Shown: piece after piece, positions 51,451-61,007 of the stretch
How positions within the stretch are numbered: the stretch's first letter is position 1
How the letters are laid out: every line of letters begins with the position of its first letter
Assembly (NCBI GenBank): GCA_019912395.1
Contig: JAIOIH010000014.1
Coordinates: 16,800-80,799 of the forward strand
DNA length: 64,000 nucleotides
Direction: 5' to 3'
DNA from: Flavobacteriales bacterium
GTDB taxonomy: Bacteria; Bacteroidota; Bacteroidia; Flavobacteriales_F; PHOS-HE28
Notes under the pieces: generated by a model
Told to the model about the DNA's origin: nothing
Databases searched by the model: none
What the model saw: only the letters and a program-made list of their open reading frames with translations
Position numbers and translations under genes: made by a program

Positions 51451-52551
51451 TCAGGCTTTGGTGGTGCGGTACTGGGGTGAAATGGCCCGGTGCAGCTCCT
51501 CGGTCCAGGGCTGGCCTTCGGAAAGTGCGCGGCGCAATGCGATGAAGTCCACCTCGCGGTCGTTCTTCGGCCCTTCGTTGAAGGCGCGGAAGCCGGCCTT
51601 CGCCTCGGTCATCATGTTCAGGGCGAGCCATTCGCGGCTGCTCTCCTTGTTGCGGTCCCAATGGTCCAGCTTGAACTTGCGCACCTCACTGATGGTCTTG
51701 TTCATGCAATTGGGGAACGTGTGGAGCAGCTTGGCGATGAGCCCGTTCACCGCGGCATCCAGCATGGACAGGTCCACTTCGCCCCGGGCCATGAGCTCCT
51801 TGGCCTTCGCCAGTTCGTCACCGGTCTTCATGGCCCCGAACACGATGCGACCGAACTCGTCCGTAACGCGGTCCAGTTGCACCAGGGGATTGGGGATGAA
51901 CTTGCCGTCCACTTTCAACGCGGGCGCGATCTCGCAGATCACACCGTTCCAGTAGGCTTGGTGGGCGGTCCAGGGTTCGCAGAGGGTGAGCGACACCATG
52001 GCCCTTTCGATCCCCGTGAACAAGGGGAGGAAGTCCGTGGCGCCACCGATGGGCGCGCTGCCGTGCTTGGGACCGGCCTGCCCGAAACGCGCCAGATCGC
52101 TCGAGACGCTGTAATCGCAGGCCATGCCGATCTCCTGCCCGCCGCCGATGCGCATGCCGTTCACGCGGCAGATCACCGGCTTCTCGCACATCAGGATCGC
52201 CGACACCATGTCGTTGAACAGCCGCATGTACTGGCCGTATTCCTGCGGGTTCCCCGCGTAGTATTCCGCGTACTCCTTGGTGTTGCCGCCGGTGCAGAAG
52301 GCCTTGTCGCCCACGGCGGTGAACACCACGGCCACCACGCTGCGGTCGTTGGAGGCGGTGCGGAAAGCGAGGATCACCTCCTTCACCGCCGCGGTGGTGT
52401 ATGAGTTGTACTGCTTCGGATTGTTCAGGATGATCCATGCGTTGAACAGTCCCTTCACGGGGCTGCCGTCGCGGTCCAGGCAGGGCCGCTTTTCAAAGAT
52501 GATCTCCGTGAACGTGTGTTCCACGATGTCGTGGCTGTGCAGGGTTTCCAT
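51451..52551 (-). CDS. MenB/BadI-like ring-cleaving crotonase with a C-terminal extension; candidate 6-oxocyclohex-1-ene-1-carbonyl-CoA hydrolase (Oah/BamA-like)
   Basis: 366 aa. The MenB/BadI-type motif DKAFCTGGNTKEY matches the MenB CSGGDQ class. The length fits Oah (~370-380 aa) rather than BadI/MenB (~260-285 aa). Confidence 0.5.
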   Translation of the reverse strand: METLHSHDIVEHTFTEIIFEKRPCLDRDGSPVKGLFNAWIILNNPKQYNSYTTAAVKEVILAFRTASNDRSVVAVVFTAVGDKAFCTGGNTKEYAEYYAGNPQEYGQYMRLFNDMVSAILMCEKPVICRVNGMRIGGGQEIGMACDYSVSSDLARFGQAGPKHGSAPIGGATDFLPLFTGIERAMVSLTLCEPWTAHQAYWNGVICEIAPALKVDGKFIPNPLVQLDRVTDEFGRIVFGAMKTGDELAKAKELMARGEVDLSMLDAAVNGLIAKLLHTFPNCMNKTISEVRKFKLDHWDRNKESSREWLALNMMTEAKAGFRAFNEGPKNDREVDFIALRRALSEGQPWTEELHRAISPQYRTTKA

Positions 52552-52571
52552 GGGTGCGATCAGGATGAGGT

Positions 52572-53636
52572 TCAGTTATCGGTACCGGGTACCAGCACGA
52601 TGCGTTTGGTGTACTTGTGGGCCAGCGTGTTGCGGAACACCTCGTTGATCTTCGCCAAGGGGATGGCCTCCACGAAGTCGTGGATGTCGAGCTTGCCGCT
52701 GCCGATCAGCTCCACCACTTCGGGATAGAGTTCCGGCCTGCAGCCCCAGGTGCCGATCAGTTTGGCATCGAAGGCCATGAGGTTGCTGAGGCGCACTTCC
52801 AGCTTGTCCATGGTGAAGCCCACCACACTGAGCGTGGAGGTGTAGGTAATGAGGCTGAAGGCGAGCTCCTGCCCTGCCGTGGTGCCGCTGATCTCGAAGA
52901 TCTTCCAGCCGTACTTCGGCGCGCCGAGCTCGGCGGCGATCTCGCGCACCCGGGTCTTGATCTCCTTGGCCGACAGGTCGCGGGTGTTGAGCGTGGCATG
53001 CACCCCGTGGGCCTTGGCCTGGGCCAGCTTGTCGTCGTTGATGTCCAGGGCCAGCACCTTGGCCCCCTTGATGTGCGCGATGAGGGCGCCGTACAGGCCC
53101 ACGCCGCCCACACCGATCACGATGGCCAGGTCGCCGGGTTCGAGCTCGCTCTTCTTCACCACTTGGTAGGGCGTGGATATGGCATCGGCCACCACCGCGA
53201 GCTGTTCCAGGGAATAGCGTTCCAGCAACGCTTCCGGCACGAGGCAGAGGTAGCGGTGCGGCACCACCACGTGCGATGCGAAGCCGCCGTGCAGGTCGTT
53301 GCCCGGCATGATCTGCCGCTGGCAGATGTTGCTGCGCCCTTTCCGGCAGAGCTCGCACTCGCCGCAGGGCAGCACGGCGGGGATGATCACCGGCCATCCG
53401 ATCAGGTGGGCCGGACCTTCCACCACGGTGCCGCTGATCTCATGGCCGAGCGTCAGGGGCAGTTCCTTTTTCGTCCGCACACCGTCGTTCCAGAAGCTGA
53501 GGTCCGTGTGGCATACGCCGCAACCGGCCACCTTCACCAGGGCCTCGTGCCCGGCGATCGCGGGGATCGCCGTCTCCACCCGCTCGAAGTCCTGCTTCAG
53601 CGCGGTCATCTGCCATTGTTCCATCGTGCCTGCCAT
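52572..53636 (-). CDS. Zn-dependent alcohol dehydrogenase family protein; candidate 6-hydroxycyclohex-1-ene-1-carbonyl-CoA dehydrogenase (Had-like)
   Basis: 354 aa with a catalytic Zn site (CGVCHTD, GHEISG), a structural Zn Cys4 cluster (CGECELCRKGRSNIC) and a Rossmann fold (IGVGGVGLYG). Confidence 0.65.
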   Translation of the reverse strand: MAGTMEQWQMTALKQDFERVETAIPAIAGHEALVKVAGCGVCHTDLSFWNDGVRTKKELPLTLGHEISGTVVEGPAHLIGWPVIIPAVLPCGECELCRKGRSNICQRQIMPGNDLHGGFASHVVVPHRYLCLVPEALLERYSLEQLAVVADAISTPYQVVKKSELEPGDLAIVIGVGGVGLYGALIAHIKGAKVLALDINDDKLAQAKAHGVHATLNTRDLSAKEIKTRVREIAAELGAPKYGWKIFEISGTTAGQELAFSLITYTSTLSVVGFTMDKLEVRLSNLMAFDAKLIGTWGCRPELYPEVVELIGSGKLDIHDFVEAIPLAKINEVFRNTLAHKYTKRIVLVPGTDN

Positions 53637-53641
53637 GGTGC

Positions 53642-54901
53642 TCACAGTTCCGGGTTCTCGAAGAGGATCGCATTGCCCTGCCCGCCGCCGATGCACGCCG
53701 AGGCGATGCCGTAGCGCACCTTGCGCGCCTTCATCTCCCGGGCCAGGGTCAGCGACAAGCGCAGGCCGGTCGCGGCCAACGGATGGCCCAGTGCGATCGC
53801 CCCGCCGTTCACATTGCAGATCGAGCGGTCCAATCCCAGTTCCCGTTCGCAACCGATGAACTGCGCGGCGAAGGCCTCGTTGATCTCGATCAGGCCGATG
53901 TCGGCGAGCTTCAGGCCGGTGATCTCCAGCAGCAGCCGGATGGCGGGAACGGGGCCCAGCCCCATGGTCCGCGGATCCACGCCGCTGGTGACCGATGCCA
54001 CGATGCGGGCGAGCGGACTCAGGCTGCGCGCCTTCACGAATGCTTCGCCCGCCACCACGGCGGCAGCGGCACCGTCCACGATGCCGCTGGAGTTGGCTGC
54101 CGTCTGCACGCCGTCCTTGTCGAAGGCGGGCGGCAGCTTGGCCATGGCCTCCAAGGTGGCCGGCCGGATGTGCTCGTCGGTGGTGAATCCCTTCACCCCT
54201 TTGGGCAGGCCCACCTTGCGCGGTCGCAGGCCCTCGCCCTCGAATACCGCAGGGTCCAATGGCGCGATCTCGTCCGCGAACCAGCCGCGTTCCGTAGCGG
54301 CCACCGCACGGTCCACCGAGAGCTTTCCGAAGAGGTCCGCCTCGGCGCGGGTGATGCCGTGCAGGCGGGCCACGTTCTCGGCGGTGTTGCCCATGGGCAC
54401 GGCGGCGCTGTCGTTGAGCGCCTCCCACAGCAGGTCCTTGAACTCCACGCGGCCCAAGGGATAGCCCATGCGGTTGCCGAAGGAGACCGTGGGTGCCAGG
54501 GACATGTTCTCGGTGCCCCCGCACAGCGCCACACCGGCCTTGCCCAGCGCGATCTGATCGGCGGCCGCGGTGATGGTCTCAAAGCCCGAGCCGCAGATGC
54601 GTTGCACCATCACGGCCGGTATGCCTTGGGGAACACCCGCGTACAGCCCGACATGGCGCGGAAGGAAATAGGCATCGTAGGAGCTCTGGCCGATGTTGGC
54701 CATGACCACCTGATCGATCTCGTCGGGCCGCACGCCGGACTTCTCCATGGCGGCGCGGCTGGCGAATATGCCAAGGTCCGTCGGGGACACCTGTGCCAGC
54801 GTGCCGCCCAGTTTGCCAAAGGCCGTGCGTGCCCCGTTGACCAGGTACATCCCGTCGTACCGGATGCCGAAGCCTTTCGCCTTGTCGTGTATCGCCTTCA
54901 T
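53642..54901 (-). CDS. Acetyl-CoA C-acyltransferase (thiolase)
   Basis: ~419 aa with thiolase active-site regions (VNGGAIALGHP, CIGGGQG) and an N-terminal Cys region. Confidence 0.85.
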   Translation of the reverse strand: MKAIHDKAKGFGIRYDGMYLVNGARTAFGKLGGTLAQVSPTDLGIFASRAAMEKSGVRPDEIDQVVMANIGQSSYDAYFLPRHVGLYAGVPQGIPAVMVQRICGSGFETITAAADQIALGKAGVALCGGTENMSLAPTVSFGNRMGYPLGRVEFKDLLWEALNDSAAVPMGNTAENVARLHGITRAEADLFGKLSVDRAVAATERGWFADEIAPLDPAVFEGEGLRPRKVGLPKGVKGFTTDEHIRPATLEAMAKLPPAFDKDGVQTAANSSGIVDGAAAAVVAGEAFVKARSLSPLARIVASVTSGVDPRTMGLGPVPAIRLLLEITGLKLADIGLIEINEAFAAQFIGCERELGLDRSICNVNGGAIALGHPLAATGLRLSLTLAREMKARKVRYGIASACIGGGQGNAILFENPEL

Positions 54902-56745
54902 GCGCGTTCCTTCTGCTCGCTGGCAGGTGGTCCCGGGGTGGCCGCCTCCTGCTCCGCATACTTCCGTGCGTACAGCGCGGCACCCAGCGAGACGATGAAC
55001 TGGGGTTGGTCCGGGATGACCACCTCCTGCCCGAAACGCTCGCTGAGGATGGTCTTGAAGTAGGGGTGATAGGCGATGACACCGCCCACGAGGTAGATCG
55101 GCAGGCCGGTTTCCATGCGGATCTTGTAGATGCGGTTGGCCACGCTGAGGTAGATGCCCTTGGCGATGTCCTCCACGGGCATCTCCGCGAAGATCCAGCC
55201 CATGATCTCGGTCTTGGCGAAGACGGTGCAGAAGCTGTTGAGCTCCTTCATCGCCTCGGAGCGCCCGGCCAGTTCGCTCATGGTGCGCAGGTCGATCTCC
55301 GCGCGCTCGGCCACTTCGGTGATGAAGGCGCCGGTGCCCGCCGCGCACTTGTTGTTCATGTAGAAGTCCTCCACCTTGCCACCGTCGCCGGCGCGGATCA
55401 GCTTGATGTCCTCCGCTCCGATGTCCACGATGTTCTTGCGGCCGGGGTACAGGGAGTCGATCGCGAAGGCGGCGCAGCTCACCTCGGTCTTGGTGGTGTC
55501 GGCACCGGGGAAATGCTCCCGGCCGTACCCCGAAGCGCAGATCGCGGCCACCTCATAGCGGCCCTTGATGTCCTCGAGCGCACCGTGCAGCGCGTTCTTG
55601 TCGCGGTTCAGGGTGCGCAGCAGTTCGCGGTACACCACTTCACCCGCCTCATTCACCACGCTGAGCTTGGTGTAGTACGAGCCGATGTCCACGCCCACGA
55701 AGTGGCTGCCGGGGCTTTCCTCGCGGAGGGCACCGGTGTCCTTCAGCGCGAACATGCCGGCCAGGGCGAGCGGTTCCGGCGGCGTCAGCGAGGCCCCCTT
55801 GCGGGTATGGGCCTCCACCATGTTGGTGAAGAGCAGGTTGAGCGGGGTGCGCACGTAGTGCTTGCGGCCGTACTTGACGAACTGCCCGTTGAAGTGCTCG
55901 ATCTCCGTTTGCCGGTCCTTCATCATGTCCACCGCCAAGGATGGGAAGTGGTTGCCGGCCTTGCGCAGGTAGCGCATGCACAGCTTCACGAAGTTGTCGC
56001 CGAAGCGGATGTCCTCGGCCTTGGCCACCTGCACGCTCTCGCCGATCACCTGCTCGATGATCTCGGCCATGCCCGGCTGCTCCATGGCCTCGCGGATGGT
56101 GAGCCGCGTGATGCCGCACAGCGCGCTGAGCGAGGAGTTGAGGATGGTCTTCTCCCACACCTTGTCCACCAGGGAGAAGGAATCGATGGTCACCGTGTCC
56201 AGGCCGGCACGGGTCAACAGGTCGGCGACGCGCTCCGCGAAGGGGCCCTGGGAGTCGTCCACCGAGGCGATGTAGTTGGGCGCGTTGAAGAAGGTGACGT
56301 TGACCGCATTGGTCCGGGCCAGGTTGCCGGCGAAGTTGAGCACCATGCGGAAGGTGCGGTGCTCGCCGAACTCGTCGATCACGGGTTCCTCCACGTCGAT
56401 GCCGTTCTGTGCGCAGATGACGAAGGGGCTGCCTGCTCCGGGTATCCGCAGTTCTTCGAGCACGGTGCGGGTGTGGTACACCTTCACCGCCAGGATGATC
56501 ACGTCCGGGAATTGGCCGGCCAGTTCACCGATGGAATCGAAGGCGTGGTCCACCATCACCTGCTTGGCCATCTTTCCCTCCAGGTGGATGCCTTCCTTCC
56601 GGATCAGCTTGACCAGGTCCTTGTTATGGTCGCAGATGATCACTTCGGCACCCGCCTCCTTGAGGTGGACGGCCAGGATCTGGCCCACCGGCCCCATGCC
56701 GACCACGCCCACCTTCAATGTTCCCTTCTCTTCTTCCATGGCCAT
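54898..56745 (-). CDS. Fusion protein with an N-terminal PanE/ApbA-like NAD(P)-binding 2-dehydropantoate-reductase-family domain and a C-terminal BadF/BadG/BcrA/BcrD (HgdC-like) ATPase/activase domain
   Basis: The N-terminal Rossmann motif is KVGVVGMGPVGQILAVHL. The C-terminal part has an actin-like ATPase phosphate-1 motif (VGVDIGSYYTKLSVV) and the activase Cys region NNKCAAGTGAF. The start overlaps the upstream stop (ATGA at 56743-56747). Confidence 0.6.
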   Translation of the reverse strand: MAMEEEKGTLKVGVVGMGPVGQILAVHLKEAGAEVIICDHNKDLVKLIRKEGIHLEGKMAKQVMVDHAFDSIGELAGQFPDVIILAVKVYHTRTVLEELRIPGAGSPFVICAQNGIDVEEPVIDEFGEHRTFRMVLNFAGNLARTNAVNVTFFNAPNYIASVDDSQGPFAERVADLLTRAGLDTVTIDSFSLVDKVWEKTILNSSLSALCGITRLTIREAMEQPGMAEIIEQVIGESVQVAKAEDIRFGDNFVKLCMRYLRKAGNHFPSLAVDMMKDRQTEIEHFNGQFVKYGRKHYVRTPLNLLFTNMVEAHTRKGASLTPPEPLALAGMFALKDTGALREESPGSHFVGVDIGSYYTKLSVVNEAGEVVYRELLRTLNRDKNALHGALEDIKGRYEVAAICASGYGREHFPGADTTKTEVSCAAFAIDSLYPGRKNIVDIGAEDIKLIRAGDGGKVEDFYMNNKCAAGTGAFITEVAERAEIDLRTMSELAGRSEAMKELNSFCTVFAKTEIMGWIFAEMPVEDIAKGIYLSVANRIYKIRMETGLPIYLVGGVIAYHPYFKTILSERFGQEVVIPDQPQFIVSLGAALYARKYAEQEAATPGPPASEQKERA

Positions 56746-57935
56746 CAGGTGAGTTGTTCGATGAAGGCCTCGATCTTGGTGTGGCTCTGGCCTTCGCTGT
56801 AGAAGCGCAGGTCGCAGAGGTCGCCCTCGAGCACCAGGGTCTCCACACCGCTCTGCTCCTTGAGGCGCTGGGGCATGCCGAAGCGTGCGTTGGAGTTGTT
56901 GAAGCAGGTCTTGGCGTCGTGGAAGATCACGCCGTCGATCCGGAAGTCCTTGACCATGCGGCCCAGGATCTCCGTCTTCGCCCGCTCACTGCGGTTGATG
57001 AAGATCTCCGTGTAGGCCAGTGCGCTGGACGCGAAGGGGTCGCGCTCATCGAAGGCATCGAACACCCAGCTATTGCAATAGGTGGAGGCCACCACGGCCG
57101 CGCGGTTCTTGGCGAAGAGGTCGCTCAAGGTCCGGAGCTTGCCCCAGATCGGCATGCCGTCCCAATAGATGCGGCAGGCCTCCTTCGTAAGGACCCCTTC
57201 TCCCCTGGCGACCTTGCCCTGCAGTTCCTTGAGCAGCAGCGCGTAGTAGTCCTTGGCCTCCTGCGTACCGCGCAACACCACGATGGGCCCCATGTGGATG
57301 GTGGCATCGAAGAAGTTGATCGGTGCCGGGCTGTTGGAGGCCGTGGCCAGCACGGACTTCCAGAGCTCGGTGGCCTCGCGGCTCAAGCGCAGTGTTTCGC
57401 GGAAGCGATCGATGTCGAAGCGCGTGCCGGTGATCTGTTCGCACACCGGCACGAGGGCCTCGAACTGCTTGGCCACGTCCTGCACATGCACGCCGGTCAC
57501 TTGGTCCAGGTAGCGCGGCGGGGTGATGCCGAATACGGGGGCTTGGTGCTCTTTTGCAAAATAGGTGAACCAGTCCTGCACCTCGCGGCACTGGTTGGTG
57601 TTGTACACGATCAGGTCGGGCCGGGGCGGTCCGTCCAGGCCGTACTGCTTCTTCAGGGGCGTGGTGCCACTGAGGTGCGCACCGATGTCGCTGGTGAGGT
57701 AGGAACAGATGTCCCCCGAATAACCGGCCTTGACGGCGGCCGGGATCAGGTCGCCGGAGGTACGCGTGGCGCCGAGCAGTGCGCCGTGGTTCTCGGGGAA
57801 GTAGACCTCGAAGCCGAAGGAGCGCAGCAGTTCGGCGGGCCCCACGCTGGTACACCAGGCCACCGGGGCACGCATGCCCTGGAAGTAGGCGGTCATCAGC
57901 CGCTTGAGCTCGGTGGTGGCTTCGATGGTATGCAT
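56745..57935 (-). CDS. 2-hydroxyacyl-CoA dehydratase / benzoyl-CoA reductase B/C-subunit family protein (HgdB/BcrB-like)
   Basis: ~397 aa with HgdAB/BcrBC-family Cys-containing regions. The start was chosen at MHTIEATTELKRL. Confidence 0.55.
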   Translation of the reverse strand: MHTIEATTELKRLMTAYFQGMRAPVAWCTSVGPAELLRSFGFEVYFPENHGALLGATRTSGDLIPAAVKAGYSGDICSYLTSDIGAHLSGTTPLKKQYGLDGPPRPDLIVYNTNQCREVQDWFTYFAKEHQAPVFGITPPRYLDQVTGVHVQDVAKQFEALVPVCEQITGTRFDIDRFRETLRLSREATELWKSVLATASNSPAPINFFDATIHMGPIVVLRGTQEAKDYYALLLKELQGKVARGEGVLTKEACRIYWDGMPIWGKLRTLSDLFAKNRAAVVASTYCNSWVFDAFDERDPFASSALAYTEIFINRSERAKTEILGRMVKDFRIDGVIFHDAKTCFNNSNARFGMPQRLKEQSGVETLVLEGDLCDLRFYSEGQSHTKIEAFIEQLT

Positions 57936-57936
57936 G

Positions 57937-59691
57937 TCAAGCGATGATCTTGCGTCCTGCGGTGGTGATGTCGTCCAGCTTGATGATGTACACCTCCTCG
58001 TCCAACGGATGGTTGGCACCGTAGAGGTTCTCCAAGTGTGCGCGGTACACTTCCACCACGTTGCGCGGTGCCACCTTCATGCTGGGCGTTAGGGTGTTGT
58101 TGGCCAGGGAGAGTTCCCCGTCGATGATCATGGCGGCCTTGATCTTGGCGAACTTCTGGCCGATGCCGCAGTTGGCATCGTGCAGGCAGCCGTGCAGGCA
58201 CTTGCCCAGTTCGTCCAGGCTGCGCGGGCAGAAGCAACCCTCCATGGGGCTCTGCCTGTAATCGGGATGCTCCAGCTGTTTCTTGTTGGGGAAGAGCAGG
58301 GCGATGGGATACTCCTGCCCACTGCCCACCACCATGGCGAAGGAGATGTAGTGGCACTTGAACTCGATGAGCTTCTCGAGGTCGGAGGGGATCACCTTCT
58401 CCCCATTGCTGAGCTTGAAGATGCGGTCCTTGCGGGTGATCAGCTTCAGGCCATCGGGCAGCAGCTCGCCCACGTCGCCGGTGTGGAAGAAGCCATCGGC
58501 ATCGAACAGTCCCTTGTTGGCCTCGTCGTTCTTGTAATAGCCGCACATCACATTGGGACCTTTCACCAGCACCTCGCCATCATCGGCCAGGCGGATGGTG
58601 ATGCCGGGCAGCGGTTTGCCCACCACGCCGGGGGCACGCTTCACGGCGGGATCGGTAAGGGTGCAGCAGGGCGAGGTCTCGGTGAGGCCCCAGCCCTCGA
58701 TCACCGGAACACCGCGCCGCTCGAACTCCTCGGAGAGCTTCTGTGGCAGGGCCGCTGCGGCGGTGAAGATGAACTTGAGCCCCGCGTGGAAGAAGAGGCG
58801 CTCGGCTTCGGCATCGTGGCGTGTGAGGTCCACCAGGGCCTGGTACACCTTGGGGACACTGAAGAAGACCGTGGGGCGCACCAATTTCCAATTCGCCATG
58901 ATCTCCTGGGGGTCCTTGCCGTAGCTGGACTCCAGGTGCAGTGTGGCACCGGTGCGCAGTGCGGTGAACAGCTCGAAGATGCCGCCGAAGCTGTGGTGCC
59001 AGGGCAGGTAGCTGAGGAAGCGATCATCCGGACCGAGGTCCCAGAGCTGGGCCAGGGCCGCTTGTTGGGAAAGGATGTTGCGGTGGCTCAACTGCACGCA
59101 TTTGGGCGTGCCCATGGTGCCCGAGGTGTACATGTTGAGGCAGAGCGCATCGGGATCGGCATCGGTGAACAGTGCATCGGGGCCGCCGGGCGGCGATGCC
59201 AACAATTCGCTGAACCGGACCAGGTTGCTCCACTTCCCGTTGTCCACGGCATCGAAGCTGAACACATGGTCCAAGGGAAGCTCGGGATCGAGCCGGTCCA
59301 ACTGCAGTTCACCGGCAACGGCGAGGAAGCGGGCATCACTGTGCCGGATCAGCAGCTCCGCCGTCTCCTTGTGGAAGAAGGCGAAAATGGGCACGGCTAT
59401 TCCGCCCGAGGCCATCACGGCCAGTTCCATCCGGAGCATCTCCGACCGGTTCGGGGAGAAGATCACCAGCTTGTCGCCCGGCAGGAAGCCATAGTGCGCA
59501 CGCAGGTTGTGGGCAATGGCCCGCACGTCGGCCAGGAGCGTGTTCCAGCTGATCCCTTCATAGACACGGTCATGCTTCTCGGCGAAGACCAAGCGATCGC
59601 CAAAGGCGGCGGCGTTGCGTTCCAACAAAGTGGCCACGTTAGGGATCAACGCGCTGGGATCGAGGTGGGGGCCGCTCTGTTGCATGTCCAT
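57937..59691 (-). CDS. AMP-dependent acyl-CoA synthetase/ligase
   Basis: 584 aa with the AMP-binding signature YTSGTMGTPKCVQLSHRN and an adenylation fold. Confidence 0.8.
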   Translation of the reverse strand: MDMQQSGPHLDPSALIPNVATLLERNAAAFGDRLVFAEKHDRVYEGISWNTLLADVRAIAHNLRAHYGFLPGDKLVIFSPNRSEMLRMELAVMASGGIAVPIFAFFHKETAELLIRHSDARFLAVAGELQLDRLDPELPLDHVFSFDAVDNGKWSNLVRFSELLASPPGGPDALFTDADPDALCLNMYTSGTMGTPKCVQLSHRNILSQQAALAQLWDLGPDDRFLSYLPWHHSFGGIFELFTALRTGATLHLESSYGKDPQEIMANWKLVRPTVFFSVPKVYQALVDLTRHDAEAERLFFHAGLKFIFTAAAALPQKLSEEFERRGVPVIEGWGLTETSPCCTLTDPAVKRAPGVVGKPLPGITIRLADDGEVLVKGPNVMCGYYKNDEANKGLFDADGFFHTGDVGELLPDGLKLITRKDRIFKLSNGEKVIPSDLEKLIEFKCHYISFAMVVGSGQEYPIALLFPNKKQLEHPDYRQSPMEGCFCPRSLDELGKCLHGCLHDANCGIGQKFAKIKAAMIIDGELSLANNTLTPSMKVAPRNVVEVYRAHLENLYGANHPLDEEVYIIKLDDITTAGRKIIA

Positions 59692-60992
59692 CAGTGTTGT
59701 TCGAGTGCCTGTTCAGTAACTCCCGGCCGCTGGCGTTCGAGGGCCTCCCGGGCCTGCTCACTGCCCACACTGGCGTTCAGCAGCATGCCGAATTTCCGGC
59801 ACTCGTCGAGCCTGCATGAATTCACGAGCTTTCCATCATGGATGCACATATCCGGACAGGAGTCGCACATGTCGATGCGCCCATCCGGAAGCACGTCCGG
59901 TGCCTGGATCACACCGATCCCGATGGCCTTTACGGGATGGAGAAAGCGCAGTGGGTTGCCCAGGCAATGGCCCAGGTACTGCTTGAAGGCGCTCCGCACC
60001 TTGGGGTCGAACAAGCCCATGAAAAAGATCCTGCGCCCCATCTTCACCTTGGGGTACACCAGGTACTTCCCGAACCACAGGTGATGGAGTGTTTGTGCGA
60101 GTTCCATCGTCCTGCTCCCGTATGCGCCGAAGACCCTGCCCTTGTTGTCTGTGATCAAATTGCCGATGAGCCACTTCATGGAACCGTGGTCCATGGTTCC
60201 GTTCAAGTAGGCCGATGCATCGTACCCGGGGAACCGCGCCTTGATGACCGCATAGACCTCCTTGGAGGACACACTGGCGACGTTCATCTTGTCCGGTGTG
60301 ATGGTGTAGCCCAGGGTATCCTCCTTCATATCGATCTTCCTGCCGCCCGCATGGTAATCCACACCGTCCATGACGGGAAGACCCCGGTGGGTGATCAGGG
60401 AGATGCCATTGACCACATCCATGTTGTCCACTCCCCACTGGATGAAATCCGGGACCTCGTGAAGATTGTCCCGGTTCACGGTGATGCCGAAATGCGAGTA
60501 GATGCCACCTACCTTCTTCAGCCGCTGCGCACATTCGAGGCGCAGCGCGTCCATGTCCGATTCCTTGGCGATCTTCTGTTTCTTGAACTCAGGCCGCGTC
60601 TGGGTGCTGTCGATGTGGAAGCTGATCCCGGTGAGGCCCGCTTTCTTCAGCTTGCGGAGCAGGTCCTCACTCAGTGCGTAACCGTTGGAAAGGATCAGGC
60701 TCTTCACGCCCCGACCACTGATGTGCTGGATGATCTCGGCGATATGGGGATGCAGGATCGGTTCGCCTCCGGCCAGCGATATGCCATCGCAATTGCGCCA
60801 CTTGATCAGGAAGTCGATCTCGTCCTTGACCTTCTGGAGGGGTTTGTGTCCCTCGCCGAGCACCAGGCGGTAGCATCCGTCGCAGTGGATGTTGCAGATG
60901 TCGGTGATCTCCACCCAGCCAATGGGGTTGTCCGTAGTGGACCACGGCAGGCGGTACAGTTGGCGTTGGAAGGGGGTCGTGATGCTGTCCAT
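59691..60992 (-). CDS. Radical SAM protein with additional C-terminal Cys-rich region
   Basis: The radical SAM motif CNIHCDGCY (CxxxCxxC) lies near the N-terminus. A C-terminal cluster of Cys (MCDSCPDMCIHDGKLVNSCRLDEC) suggests auxiliary Fe-S. Confidence 0.75.
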   Translation of the reverse strand: MDSITTPFQRQLYRLPWSTTDNPIGWVEITDICNIHCDGCYRLVLGEGHKPLQKVKDEIDFLIKWRNCDGISLAGGEPILHPHIAEIIQHISGRGVKSLILSNGYALSEDLLRKLKKAGLTGISFHIDSTQTRPEFKKQKIAKESDMDALRLECAQRLKKVGGIYSHFGITVNRDNLHEVPDFIQWGVDNMDVVNGISLITHRGLPVMDGVDYHAGGRKIDMKEDTLGYTITPDKMNVASVSSKEVYAVIKARFPGYDASAYLNGTMDHGSMKWLIGNLITDNKGRVFGAYGSRTMELAQTLHHLWFGKYLVYPKVKMGRRIFFMGLFDPKVRSAFKQYLGHCLGNPLRFLHPVKAIGIGVIQAPDVLPDGRIDMCDSCPDMCIHDGKLVNSCRLDECRKFGMLLNASVGSEQAREALERQRPGVTEQALEQH

Positions 60993-61007
60993 CGTGGCGA
61001 TCGGTGA

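Noticed and set aside
55006-56802. 598-aa + strand ORF
   Set aside because: Antisense to the PanE–activase fusion gene, with no motifs.
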